Shown here piece by piece: positions 37,748 to 46,557 of a DNA stretch of 64,000 bases. Under the pieces are notes generated by a model that ran no database searches, had not been told where the DNA came from, and saw nothing but the letters and a program-made list of their open reading frames with translations. Position 1 is the stretch's first letter. Every line of letters begins with the position of its first letter. Position numbers and translations under genes: made by a program. The stretch covers positions 32,001-96,000 of the forward strand of contig JBDRLL010000010.1 of assembly GCA_043813075.1 (NCBI GenBank). The letters are read 5' to 3'. This DNA is from Candidatus Altiarchaeota archaeon. GTDB lineage: Archaea > Altiarchaeota > Altiarchaeia > IMC4 > SCGC-AAA252-I15.

Positions 37748-38235
37748 TGAATTTACCCCCCAGCCTAAGGCCGGCGCTTAAGAAGCCGTTAGGCAGGCTT
37801 GTTAGCGGATTAGACTCATTAAGCAAGGAAGACGTCCTTATCACTGTCGGCGATGAGGCCAGTAAGGCGGTGTTAAGCGATGGCTTCAAACCAAAGATTG
37901 TCGTCTACGACGGCAAGACGGCTAGACAGCCGATTGACGTGCCAGAGTCTCTTGAAGGCTATGGCGATAAGAGCGTCACTGTCGAAAATCCTCCGGGAAC
38001 CCTCCAGAAGCGGGTTTTCCAGGTGATTCGCCAGGCGTTGGATTATGAGGGCAGTACAACAGTCTTTGTTGAAGGGGAGGAGGATTTGACTGCGTTGGCT
38101 GCGATCATGGAGGCGCCTAACGGCACGGTAGTCGTCTACGGCCAGCCGGGTGAAGGCATGGTATTGGTTGACGTGAATGAGGTTATTAAGAAGAAGGTAT
38201 CTAAAATAATCGGTGAAATGGAAGATGGATGTTGA
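37747..38235 (+). CDS. GTP-dependent dephospho-CoA kinase (DUF359)
   Basis: LKKPLG, TVGD, DGKTAR, NPPG, GEEDL, YGQPGEG. Confidence 0.92.
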   Translation: MNLPPSLRPALKKPLGRLVSGLDSLSKEDVLITVGDEASKAVLSDGFKPKIVVYDGKTARQPIDVPESLEGYGDKSVTVENPPGTLQKRVFQVIRQALDYEGSTTVFVEGEEDLTALAAIMEAPNGTVVVYGQPGEGMVLVDVNEVIKKKVSKIIGEMEDGC

Positions 38236-38629
38236 GATCATAGAAGACAAGGTAAATCCCCTGATGGGGCGTAGGGAGGTTAAGTTCATCCTTAAGTATG
38301 AGGGCGCTACTCCTAAGCGGCCTGAGGCGCGCAAGAAAATAGTGTCTGTCTTGAAGTCTGATGACTCGCTGACTGTGCTTGACAAGCTTGACCCTTCGTT
38401 CGGGACGATGAAGGCGTCCGGATACGTTAAGGTATATGACAGTCAGGAGGCAATGAAGATAGAGCCTGAATACAGGCTAAAGAAGAATTTCCCGCCAGCT
38501 GAAGCCAAGCCGGAAGGCGAGCCTTCAGGAGATGCTCCTTCCGCTGGTGCTGACGCAGGTCAGGGTGAGCCTGCCGCTGAAGCCAAGCATGGGGAAGCCG
38601 CTGAGCCAGAAGTAAAGGGGGGTGAGTGA
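38225..38629 (+). CDS. rps24e: 30S ribosomal protein S24e with acidic tail
   Basis: [17 protein letters not shown]...GYVKVY. Confidence 0.93.
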   Translation: MDVEIIEDKVNPLMGRREVKFILKYEGATPKRPEARKKIVSVLKSDDSLTVLDKLDPSFGTMKASGYVKVYDSQEAMKIEPEYRLKKNFPPAEAKPEGEPSGDAPSAGADAGQGEPAAEAKHGEAAEPEVKGGE

Positions 38630-38829
38630 TGGCTAAGCCTAAGGAAAAAACCGGGAAGAACACGAGCAAGAAGTGGAAGTTATACAAGGTTGGCGACAAG
38701 TTAGAGAGGACTAGAAAATCCTGCCCGAAATGCGGTGAGGGAGTCTTCTTGGCGAAGCACACTGACCGGGAGTCGTGCGGTAAGTGCGGTTACACTGAGT
38801 TTCAGAAGAAGGATCATAAAAAAGAATAG
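38629..38829 (+). CDS. rps27ae: 30S ribosomal protein S27ae
   Basis: [26 protein letters not shown]. Confidence 0.95.
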   Translation: MAKPKEKTGKNTSKKWKLYKVGDKLERTRKSCPKCGEGVFLAKHTDRESCGKCGYTEFQKKDHKKE

Positions 38830-38860
38830 TTCCTTCCTCCTTTGATGGTGTTGTTGAACA

Positions 38861-39412
38861 ATGAGGGTTGCGGGACTCGACTTAGCTGGAAGCCCTAAGA
38901 ACGAGAGCGGCCTATGCGTTCTTGAGGTTGAATCTGATGTTAAGAGCGTGTCCACCAGCATACTTTACTCTGACGAGGATATAGTCGGCAGACTCCTTGA
39001 TGTTAAGCCAAAGCTTGTTGCCGTTGACGCCCCGATGGTGTATAACGGTGAAAACAGGGGTTGTGACGCGTTACTGCACGATTATGGTGCGCTGCCAGTG
39101 ACCCTTAAGGGTATGGAGATGCTGGCTATCCGGGGGGTGGGCATTGCAAGACAGTTAAGGGAGAATAGCATGGAGTACGTGGAAGTGTACTCCAAGGCTA
39201 CCGCGAGGATACTTGGCCTATACAGTAAAGACGACTTCAGGATGCAGAAGAACATGGTCTCGCTCAACCTTGAGGGGGACATAAACTCTAGACTACTGTC
39301 CAGGGACGAGTTGGACGCCATACTCGCGGCCATTACCGGATACCTCTACATTGAAGGCCAGACGAGGTCTGTCGGCGGTGAGGATGGTGTGGTCCAGATT
39401 CCAGAGGTATAA
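38861..39412 (+). CDS. DUF429 family (RNase H-like) protein
   Basis: GLDLAG, VAVDAP, R.CD, EVY, DELDA. Confidence 0.85.
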   Translation: MRVAGLDLAGSPKNESGLCVLEVESDVKSVSTSILYSDEDIVGRLLDVKPKLVAVDAPMVYNGENRGCDALLHDYGALPVTLKGMEMLAIRGVGIARQLRENSMEYVEVYSKATARILGLYSKDDFRMQKNMVSLNLEGDINSRLLSRDELDAILAAITGYLYIEGQTRSVGGEDGVVQIPEV

Positions 39413-39413
39413 T

Positions 39414-39578
39414 CTAGAATAACGCGTACACGAATGGTGATACTGTCGAGGATTGGGCGAATATTATGAGCGTCCCGACGATCAATAGCATGATTATTAT
39501 TGGCGTTAGCCACCACTTCTTCCTGACCTTCAGGAAATCCCAGACTTCGAAAATAAAAGACTTGTTTCCCGTCATCAT
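39414..39578 (-). CDS. DUF5989/SxtK-like small membrane protein, 54 aa (not in ORF track)
   Basis: MMTGNKSFIFEVWDFLKVRKKWWLTPIIIMLLIVGTLIIFAQSSTVSPFVYALF*. Confidence 0.88.
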   Translation of the reverse strand: MMTGNKSFIFEVWDFLKVRKKWWLTPIIIMLLIVGTLIIFAQSSTVSPFVYALF

Positions 39579-39602
39579 AACGTATTATACATTCTAATAT
39601 AT

Positions 39603-41342
39603 TTAACCGTAGAGTCTCCTGCTGTCCCACTCGTCCCTCATGTTGTCTTTCTTCATTATGAGGAACCTGTCCATAACCAGCGCGTCTATTCCCGTCCCCA
39701 TCATACACCTGTAAGCGTCGTAGGGGCTGCATACTATCGGCTCGCCCCTGACGTTGAACGACGTGTTTATTATTATCGGTACTCCCGACAGCTTTTCAAA
39801 CTCCTTTATCACACCCCAGTAGAGTGGGCTCTTCTCCTTCCTTACCGTCTGGAGTCTGCCGCTCCCGTCAACGTGGGTGACTGACGGGATAAGCCCCCTC
39901 TTATCCTCCCTGACTGGGTACACCAGGAGCATGAAATCCGTTGATATCGGCAGATTTTCATCGCACTCGAAGTACTCTACCGCATCCTCTATGGGGACTG
40001 CGGGCGCGAACGGCCTGAAGCCCTCCCTATGCTTCACCCTGGCGTTTATTATGTCCTTCATGTCAGGGTTGCATGGGTTGGCGAGTATGCTACGCGAACC
40101 CAGGGCTCTCGGACCCCACTCCATCCTGCCCTGAAACCATCCCACAATCTTATCCTCAAAGATCATCCCAGCAGTGTCTTTCATCAGATTCTCGTCGCTT
40201 TCGAACTCACTGTAGGTTATGTCGTTTCCCTCGAGGAATGACTTCACGTGTCCTGTGCTGTATCCTGGTCCAAGGTAGGAGTGGTCCAGCACAGTCTTCC
40301 TATCCTCCCCGAGCACCCCATTGTAGGCGTATACTGCTGCCCCCATGCTGGTGCCTCCGTCCCCCGCCGCCGACTGTATGTACATCTGCTTGAACGGGGT
40401 GTTCTTCATTATCTTGCCGTTCGCAACGCTGTTCAACGCGACCCCACCCGCGATGCACAGGTTGTCCGTATCCAGGGTGTCGTGCAGGTGGTTTAGCATC
40501 CTGAATATCACATCCTCAGTTATCTTCTGGAGTGTTGCCGCGATATCCTTGTGTTCCTGGGTTATCCTACCCCCCCTCTCCCTTACCTCGCAGAGTTCGT
40601 CAATCATCTTTCTCCCAGGCATCCTCATGTTGTAATGGTACTCGAAGTAGGACATGTCAAGCATGTAGCTTCCATCATCCTTAACGTCCATGAACTTGAG
40701 GAAGCTGTCGTAGTACTTCGGTTTCCCGTATGGTGAGAGGCCCATCACCTTGTACTCGTCGTTGTTTGCCTTGAATCCGAGCAGCGTTGTTATGGTGCTG
40801 TACAATAGCCCTATCGAGTGCGGGAATTCTATGGCCTTCACGAGCCTTATGTCCTTGTCTTTCCCGTATCCGAGTGTCGTGGTGTCCCATTCTCCGACGC
40901 CGTCTATCGTCATTATGGCCGCCTCCTTGAATGGGGAGAGGAAGAAGGATGATGCTGCGTGGGCTAGGTGGTGTTCGATGTAGAACACGTCTTTCCTGTA
41001 TTTCAGCCTCTTTCTTATGGTTGACTGGACCCGCATCTTCTCGTTTATCCAGCTTGGCATGGTCTTCAGGAATGTGGTGTAGCTCTTCGGGAATGTCTCG
41101 GTGTGTTGGGACATCATCCTCTCGAACTTGAGGAGCGGCTTCTCGTAGAATGCCACGTAGTCTACTTCGTCGATGTTTATTCCCGCCTCCTGCAGGCACC
41201 ATTCCGCGGATTTTATGGGGAAGCTTGTGTCGTGTTTCTTCCTTGTGAATCGCTCCTCCTCTGCTGCTGCTATCACCTCGCCGTCTCTGATGAGGCATGA
41301 TGACGCGTCATGGTAGTAGCATGAGAGTCCTAGTATGTTCAT
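39603..41342 (-). CDS. NodU/CmcH-family O-carbamoyltransferase
   Basis: YHDAS, EEERFTRKKH, EHHLAHA, DGVGE, EYKVMGL, GGVALN, GPRALG, NTSFN. Confidence 0.95.
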   Translation of the reverse strand: MNILGLSCYYHDASSCLIRDGEVIAAAEEERFTRKKHDTSFPIKSAEWCLQEAGINIDEVDYVAFYEKPLLKFERMMSQHTETFPKSYTTFLKTMPSWINEKMRVQSTIRKRLKYRKDVFYIEHHLAHAASSFFLSPFKEAAIMTIDGVGEWDTTTLGYGKDKDIRLVKAIEFPHSIGLLYSTITTLLGFKANNDEYKVMGLSPYGKPKYYDSFLKFMDVKDDGSYMLDMSYFEYHYNMRMPGRKMIDELCEVRERGGRITQEHKDIAATLQKITEDVIFRMLNHLHDTLDTDNLCIAGGVALNSVANGKIMKNTPFKQMYIQSAAGDGGTSMGAAVYAYNGVLGEDRKTVLDHSYLGPGYSTGHVKSFLEGNDITYSEFESDENLMKDTAGMIFEDKIVGWFQGRMEWGPRALGSRSILANPCNPDMKDIINARVKHREGFRPFAPAVPIEDAVEYFECDENLPISTDFMLLVYPVREDKRGLIPSVTHVDGSGRLQTVRKEKSPLYWGVIKEFEKLSGVPIIINTSFNVRGEPIVCSPYDAYRCMMGTGIDALVMDRFLIMKKDNMRDEWDSRRLYG

Positions 41343-41353
41343 GTTGTCTCCCC

Positions 41354-41590
41354 CTAGAATTGGCGGTAGTATTCCTCCCGCTTTCCCTCACCTGTTTTTC
41401 GTTCCACATAGTATGTGCCGTCCCTCTTTTTCATGTCCAGGAAGTGTCTGCCTGATATCCTGTATGCTAGGGACACTGGCCCGACACCCAGGACGTATAC
41501 GATTGTCAGTAGTATGGAGTTCACGGCTCCTGTCGCATGTTTTCCGAATCCCTCAAATCCTTTCCTGAATCCTCTTAGAAAATCGTTCAT
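41354..41590 (-). CDS. SxtJ-like membrane protein
   Basis: 'VNSILLTIVYVLGVGP...GRHFLD...YYVER...YYRQF'; directly upstream of the carbamoyltransferase. Confidence 0.75.
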   Translation of the reverse strand: MNDFLRGFRKGFEGFGKHATGAVNSILLTIVYVLGVGPVSLAYRISGRHFLDMKKRDGTYYVERKTGEGKREEYYRQF

Positions 41591-41802
41591 CCTAGCTTCC
41601 TCAGGGACTTGAATGTCATGAACGCTGCTCCAGTGAAAAACAATGCGGCAATGATGGTCGCGTACGTCCCCGGCTCTATGCCGTGCAGCCCAGCCCTTCC
41701 TGTGATGTAGTATGCTATCGACAGGAATATGGTTAGTGCGGTGCAGTATCCCACTGACTCGCCGACAATCGATGTCTTGCTCTGTCTCCTATAGAATTCC
41801 AT
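41587..41802 (-). CDS. Small 2-TM protein
   Basis: ATG 41802 MEFYRRQ...; the ORF-track extension runs through the AT-rich promoter region. Confidence 0.6.
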   Translation of the reverse strand: MEFYRRQSKTSIVGESVGYCTALTIFLSIAYYITGRAGLHGIEPGTYATIIAALFFTGAAFMTFKSLRKLG

Positions 41803-41915
41803 TTTTGAGTTTGATTTAAGAATTAAAACCAAATACTTATAAAATACAAAAAAATTTATAATATACAAAAATATTTTATCATATATAAAAAGGTTTTTGA
41901 ATATATTCAACAATA

Positions 41916-43262
41916 ATGGCTGACTACAACACCATAATAGTCGGTGCAGGACCATCCGGGCTGTTCGCGGCACTCACACTCGCAGGAAGACAGGATAAGA
42001 TACTGGTCGTGGAGGAGGGCAAGGACATAAGCGACCGGACTGGAGGGCCAGAGGACATAATGTCGGGCGTCGGCGGCGCGGGACTATACTCTGACGGCAT
42101 GCTGAACCTTAACCCGGACATAGGCGGAAGCCTCTCCGAGTTCTGCAAGACCGATGAAGAAGCGGACAATCTGGTGCGTCGAGTTGACGAAGAGTACTTA
42201 CGGTGCGGTGCGCCTGATAAGACGCTCGGAGACGACGAGGAAAAAGTCCGGAAGCTGCGGGAAAAAGCCAGCTCCACAGGCATAAACTTCATACCCATAA
42301 TACAAAGACACATCGGCACAGACAACGCGCCCAAAGTAATCTCCCGCATGAAGGAATACCTATCAGAGAAAGGCGTTGAATTCCTGGTTAACACCAGGGT
42401 GGAGGACATACTAGTCAAAGACGGATGCTGTGGGGGAGTCATGATACGGGGCCGTGAGATAACCTCAGACAGCGTGATACTCGCCCCCGGCCGCGTCGGA
42501 GCGGACTGGGGGGACATGATAGTCCACAAGCACAGGATAAGCTCCATGTTCCGGCCCATAGACGTCGGAGTCCGCGTTGAAGTTGGCTCCGCCATAATGG
42601 ACGATGTCGCGTCAGTCAGCAGAGACCCTAAATTCCACATACACACTAGCACTTACAATGATTTCGTCCGCACGTTCTGCACAAACCACCAGGGATACGT
42701 TGTCGAGGAAAAGTATGACGGATTCACTGGCGTGAACGGTCACACGCTCACAGACACAAAATCGGAAAACACGAACTTCGCCTTCCTGGTCAGGATAGCT
42801 CTGACCGAGCCGGTTGAAGACACCATACAGTACGGGGAGAAGATAGCCATGCTCGCCACAATGATCGGCGGCGGGAGGCCTATAATACAGCGTTTAGGGA
42901 ACCTTAGGGAGGGTCGCCGCTCCCACCCCCGTGACATACGGGATAATGGAGTCCGCAACACACTCAAGAACGTTACTCCCGGGGATGTGGGGATGGCGCT
43001 GCCACACCGCATAGTAACGGACATACTGGAGGGCCTTGAGAAGCTCGGCAAAGTCATTCCCGGAGTCGACAGCGACTCCACGCTACTATACGCCCCTGAA
43101 ATAAAGTACTACAGCATGCGTGCCGTCGTGGACGGTGACATGATGACCAGCATGAATGGGCTGTATGCTGCTGGAGACGGGATGGGTTTGAGCAGGGACA
43201 TAGTGAACGCCTCTGCCACCGGAATATTAGCTGCTGAAGGTGTTTTGAGGAATGAATGTTGA
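41916..43262 (+). CDS. FAD-dependent oxidoreductase (uncharacterised family)
   Basis: IVGAGPSG, GVGGAGLYSDG, RHIGTD, GVRVE, RTFCTN, YAPEIKYY, AAGDG. Confidence 0.88.
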   Translation: MADYNTIIVGAGPSGLFAALTLAGRQDKILVVEEGKDISDRTGGPEDIMSGVGGAGLYSDGMLNLNPDIGGSLSEFCKTDEEADNLVRRVDEEYLRCGAPDKTLGDDEEKVRKLREKASSTGINFIPIIQRHIGTDNAPKVISRMKEYLSEKGVEFLVNTRVEDILVKDGCCGGVMIRGREITSDSVILAPGRVGADWGDMIVHKHRISSMFRPIDVGVRVEVGSAIMDDVASVSRDPKFHIHTSTYNDFVRTFCTNHQGYVVEEKYDGFTGVNGHTLTDTKSENTNFAFLVRIALTEPVEDTIQYGEKIAMLATMIGGGRPIIQRLGNLREGRRSHPRDIRDNGVRNTLKNVTPGDVGMALPHRIVTDILEGLEKLGKVIPGVDSDSTLLYAPEIKYYSMRAVVDGDMMTSMNGLYAAGDGMGLSRDIVNASATGILAAEGVLRNEC

Positions 43263-43761
43263 AGTGCTCCGCCTGGGCCACAGGTTCTCGAGGGACAAGA
43301 GGCTTACCACCCATGTGGCGTTGACTGCCAGAGCCTTCGGGGCCGGCAGGCTGATTCTGGATTCCAAGGATTCGCATCTAATGGAGAGTGTGGAGTCTGT
43401 TGTGGATAACTGGGGTGGTGGGTTCAGGATAGACTACACCGACAACTGGAAGAACACGATACGCGATTTCAAGGGCGTGAGAATACACCTCACCATGTAC
43501 GGCATCAACGTTGACGACGCGTTAAGCCGGCTGGACGACGACAGGGACAAGCTCATAGTCATCGGCGGTCAGAAGGTCCCGCCTGAAGTATACGAGCTGG
43601 TTGACTACAACATTGCGGTAGGCAACCAGCCGCACAGCGAAGTCGCGGCCCTGGCCATACTAATGGACCGGCTGTTCAAGGGAACGCAGTTCAATATCGA
43701 CTTCAAGGGGAAGAGGACGGTGGTTCCACAGGAGAGGGGCAAGATGGTTGTGCAGGAATAG
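43252..43761 (+). CDS. trm56: tRNA (cytidine-56-2'-O)-methyltransferase
   Basis: VLRLGHR..RDKRLTTHVALTARAFGA, HLTMYG, GNQPHSEVAALA. Confidence 0.96.
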   Translation: MNVEVLRLGHRFSRDKRLTTHVALTARAFGAGRLILDSKDSHLMESVESVVDNWGGGFRIDYTDNWKNTIRDFKGVRIHLTMYGINVDDALSRLDDDRDKLIVIGGQKVPPEVYELVDYNIAVGNQPHSEVAALAILMDRLFKGTQFNIDFKGKRTVVPQERGKMVVQE

Positions 43762-43762
43762 C

Positions 43763-44494
43763 CTATCTCTTGACTGCGATAAAGAGGGTCTTGAATGCCC
43801 TGCCTACTGGAATTATCCTCTCGATTCCCGCAGCCTTCATAAGCAGTCTCTCGAACCTTAATAGCCGTCGGTCGGACTTCCACAGGGTTTTCCTCTTGTA
43901 CGCCGAGTACGCGGTGTACCTCACGTACATGTAGAGTATCAGCCTTGAGAGCAGCCTCATGTAGCCTCTTTTCCCAGTGACATGGAATCCATTCGATTCC
44001 AGCATACCCGTGAACTCTTCCTCGCTGTACGTCCTCCTGTACTTCCACAGGCCCTGGAGGTCTTTTGTCAGCTGTTTCCTGAATGGGAGTATGTCCACTC
44101 CCCTTATGGTCGTTGATATGAAGAGCCTGCCTCCCGGCTTTAGTATCCTATTCATCTCGCGTATAAGGCTGACGTCCCCCACCAGTACTTCGATGAGGTC
44201 CATGCATATGACTGAGTCGAAGAAGTTCTTCTGGAAGTCGGTCCTGCCTGGCGTCTGAACGCTGAAGTTTACGCCAGGATAGTCCCTCTTAGCGTGTGTT
44301 ATCATCTCGTCGCTGGATTCTATCCCATAACGCTCTACAGCATTGATGTTGCCTATGACAAAGCCTTGGAAGCATTTGGCGTCGAGCACCCGGCCCCCAA
44401 GGGGCTCTCCAGAAAATTCGAGCTGCCTTAGCCTAACCCCTCCGGCACTGTACTCCATATTCCACTTAACGTCCCTACCGTAGGCAGTCATCAT
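43763..44494 (-). CDS. Class I SAM-methyltransferase-like protein (degenerate motif I)
   Basis: VLDAKCFQG, FDSVICMDLIE, EMNRILKPGGRL. Confidence 0.75.
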   Translation of the reverse strand: MMTAYGRDVKWNMEYSAGGVRLRQLEFSGEPLGGRVLDAKCFQGFVIGNINAVERYGIESSDEMITHAKRDYPGVNFSVQTPGRTDFQKNFFDSVICMDLIEVLVGDVSLIREMNRILKPGGRLFISTTIRGVDILPFRKQLTKDLQGLWKYRRTYSEEEFTGMLESNGFHVTGKRGYMRLLSRLILYMYVRYTAYSAYKRKTLWKSDRRLLRFERLLMKAAGIERIIPVGRAFKTLFIAVKR

Positions 44495-44533
44495 TATGAA
44501 TTGAAATGGTTTTTAATAAACCAATTTAACGTT

Positions 44534-45949
44534 CTATGGCGTGTTCCCGACGAATTCCTCTGTTTTGCGCTTCCTCTGCTCGTGGCTTGCTTTCACCAGT
44601 TCCCTGTGCCTATCGACTAGATAATCCCAGCTTATGCCGTCGTCGGTGAACGTCCTGCTGTAGTACCTGTAGTAGTCGTCGATGCTCTGGGTTATTATCC
44701 TGCCCTGTTTCTCCAGCGTCTCGTAGGCGGGCGTCCCATGATATGGTTTGAACACCTCGATATTGTATTCGACGTCCATGTCTGACACAAGCTTTTCAGT
44801 CTGCTCCAGCGTCTCCCTTGTTTCGCCGGGATATCCCATCATAAAGCACGCCCTCACGTAGACTCCAAGACCCTTCAACGTCTCTACAGCCTTCCTCACC
44901 CCCTCCACATCAGCCTTCTTGTTCATCCTGTCGAGCATTCGCTGGCTGCCGGACTCCACGCCTATCGCCACGTTCACGAGCCCGACGTCCTGCATCCGCC
45001 CTATAACATCCTTGTTCACGTTCTCGCTCCTGACCAGGCAGTTCCATATTATCCGCAAGTCCCTCGCCTCGATAAGGTCGCACATCCTCATAACCCTCTT
45101 TTCGTCAACGTTGAATGTGTCGTCAAGGAAGTTTATCTGCCTTGTACCATACCTGTAGTACACCATCTCTATCTCGTCGACAACGTTCTCCGGGCTCCTG
45201 AGCCGGTGGCTGCCGCTCCACACGACCCTGCTGGCGCAGAAGCTGCAGTTGAACGGGCATCCCCTCCCCGTTATCATCCTGCCCAGCGAGTCCGCCTCAT
45301 ACCTGCCGAACTCGACGAGCGATTCCCTGTCAGGGAAGGGTATCAAATCAAGGTCATCAATAAGCCCCCTATCCTGGTTTTCCACAATACTCCCGCCCTC
45401 CGTGAATGAGACCCCTTTAACCGAGTGCACGTCACCGCCTGAAGACAGAGTGTCCAGCAGCTCTCTGAGCGTCACCTCACCCTCGCCCCTCACGACATAG
45501 TCGAATCCGCCGTCAGCCAGTATCTCACCCGGCCTCAGTGTGGCGTCTACACCCCCGCCTATCAACACTGTCGAGTCTTTTATCCCCTTAGCTATCTCAG
45601 CGACCCGCCTGCCTGAAGTGTAAGTCATGGTGAGGAGCTCTACTCCAACATAGTCCGGCTTGTATTCCTCAATCACCCTCCTCATCTTCACCCACGAGTG
45701 GTGCATGTCATCGCGGAGGCTCCTACCGTACTCGTCGTAGTCCAATTCCGAAGCATGCTTCTCCGGGCTCTTGAAGAAGCCTGAATGCAGGTCCGCATTA
45801 TAAACCCGCACGTCGTAACCGTCCTTCAGCACGGACGCTAGATACAGTAGGCCTAACGGCATGTACTGTGACCTGTCTATGTTGAACAGCGTGTCGTACG
45901 GTGGGCTGACTAAAAGCACCCTGCCCCTCCCGCCAGATTCTTCGGGCAT
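44534..45949 (-). CDS. B12-binding radical SAM protein
   Basis: PLGLLYLAS, GEGE, RGCPFNCSFC, RSPENVVDEI, GVESGS. Confidence 0.93.
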   Translation of the reverse strand: MPEESGGRGRVLLVSPPYDTLFNIDRSQYMPLGLLYLASVLKDGYDVRVYNADLHSGFFKSPEKHASELDYDEYGRSLRDDMHHSWVKMRRVIEEYKPDYVGVELLTMTYTSGRRVAEIAKGIKDSTVLIGGGVDATLRPGEILADGGFDYVVRGEGEVTLRELLDTLSSGGDVHSVKGVSFTEGGSIVENQDRGLIDDLDLIPFPDRESLVEFGRYEADSLGRMITGRGCPFNCSFCASRVVWSGSHRLRSPENVVDEIEMVYYRYGTRQINFLDDTFNVDEKRVMRMCDLIEARDLRIIWNCLVRSENVNKDVIGRMQDVGLVNVAIGVESGSQRMLDRMNKKADVEGVRKAVETLKGLGVYVRACFMMGYPGETRETLEQTEKLVSDMDVEYNIEVFKPYHGTPAYETLEKQGRIITQSIDDYYRYYSRTFTDDGISWDYLVDRHRELVKASHEQRKRKTEEFVGNTP

Positions 45950-45984
45950 GTAATATATTTACGGCGCCAGGTAATTATTACCCT

Positions 45985-46551
45985 ATGATAATCGTCGTAG
46001 ACTACGGCGGCCAGTACGTCCACAGGATATGGCGTAGCCTAAAGTATCTGGGCGTCGAATCGAAGGTGGTTGGCAGGGACACTCCGATCGAGGAAATGAT
46101 GTCCATGAATCCTGAGGGATTCATAATGAGCGGCGGCCCATCATCGGTCTACGAGGATTCGGACAAGCTGGGGGACTATAAGGGCATACTGGATTCAGGG
46201 CTGCCGGTGCTTGGCATATGCCTCGGCCACCAGATAATGGCCCACGCGCTGGGTGGAGTCGTCAGGAAGGGTGAGAGCGGGGAGTACGCTGCCGTCGACA
46301 TACGTGTTCTCGAGGAGGATGACTTGTTCAAGGGACTTGAATCGACATTGACTGTGTGGGAGTCGCACCGTGATGAGGTGGTGGAGTTGCCGCCAGGCTT
46401 CGTATGCCTTGCGGAGTCTGACATATGCTCGATAGAGGCGATGAAGCACGAGTCAAAGAGGCTCTACGCCGTGCAATTCCATCCTGAAGTCAACCACACC
46501 CCCCATGGCGCTGAGATACTAAAGAACTATATGCGAGTCTGCGGGCTATAA
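45985..46551 (+). CDS. guaAA: GMP synthase glutaminase subunit A
   Basis: DYGGQYVHRI, SGGP, GICLGHQ, ESHRD, QFHPEV. Confidence 0.95.
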   Translation: MIIVVDYGGQYVHRIWRSLKYLGVESKVVGRDTPIEEMMSMNPEGFIMSGGPSSVYEDSDKLGDYKGILDSGLPVLGICLGHQIMAHALGGVVRKGESGEYAAVDIRVLEEDDLFKGLESTLTVWESHRDEVVELPPGFVCLAESDICSIEAMKHESKRLYAVQFHPEVNHTPHGAEILKNYMRVCGL

Positions 46552-46557
46552 CCCCCT

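Noticed and set aside
39603-41590. Saxitoxin biosynthesis cluster
   Set aside because: Only sxtI/J/K-like genes are present, with no sxtA/sxtG core; this triplet is widespread outside toxin producers
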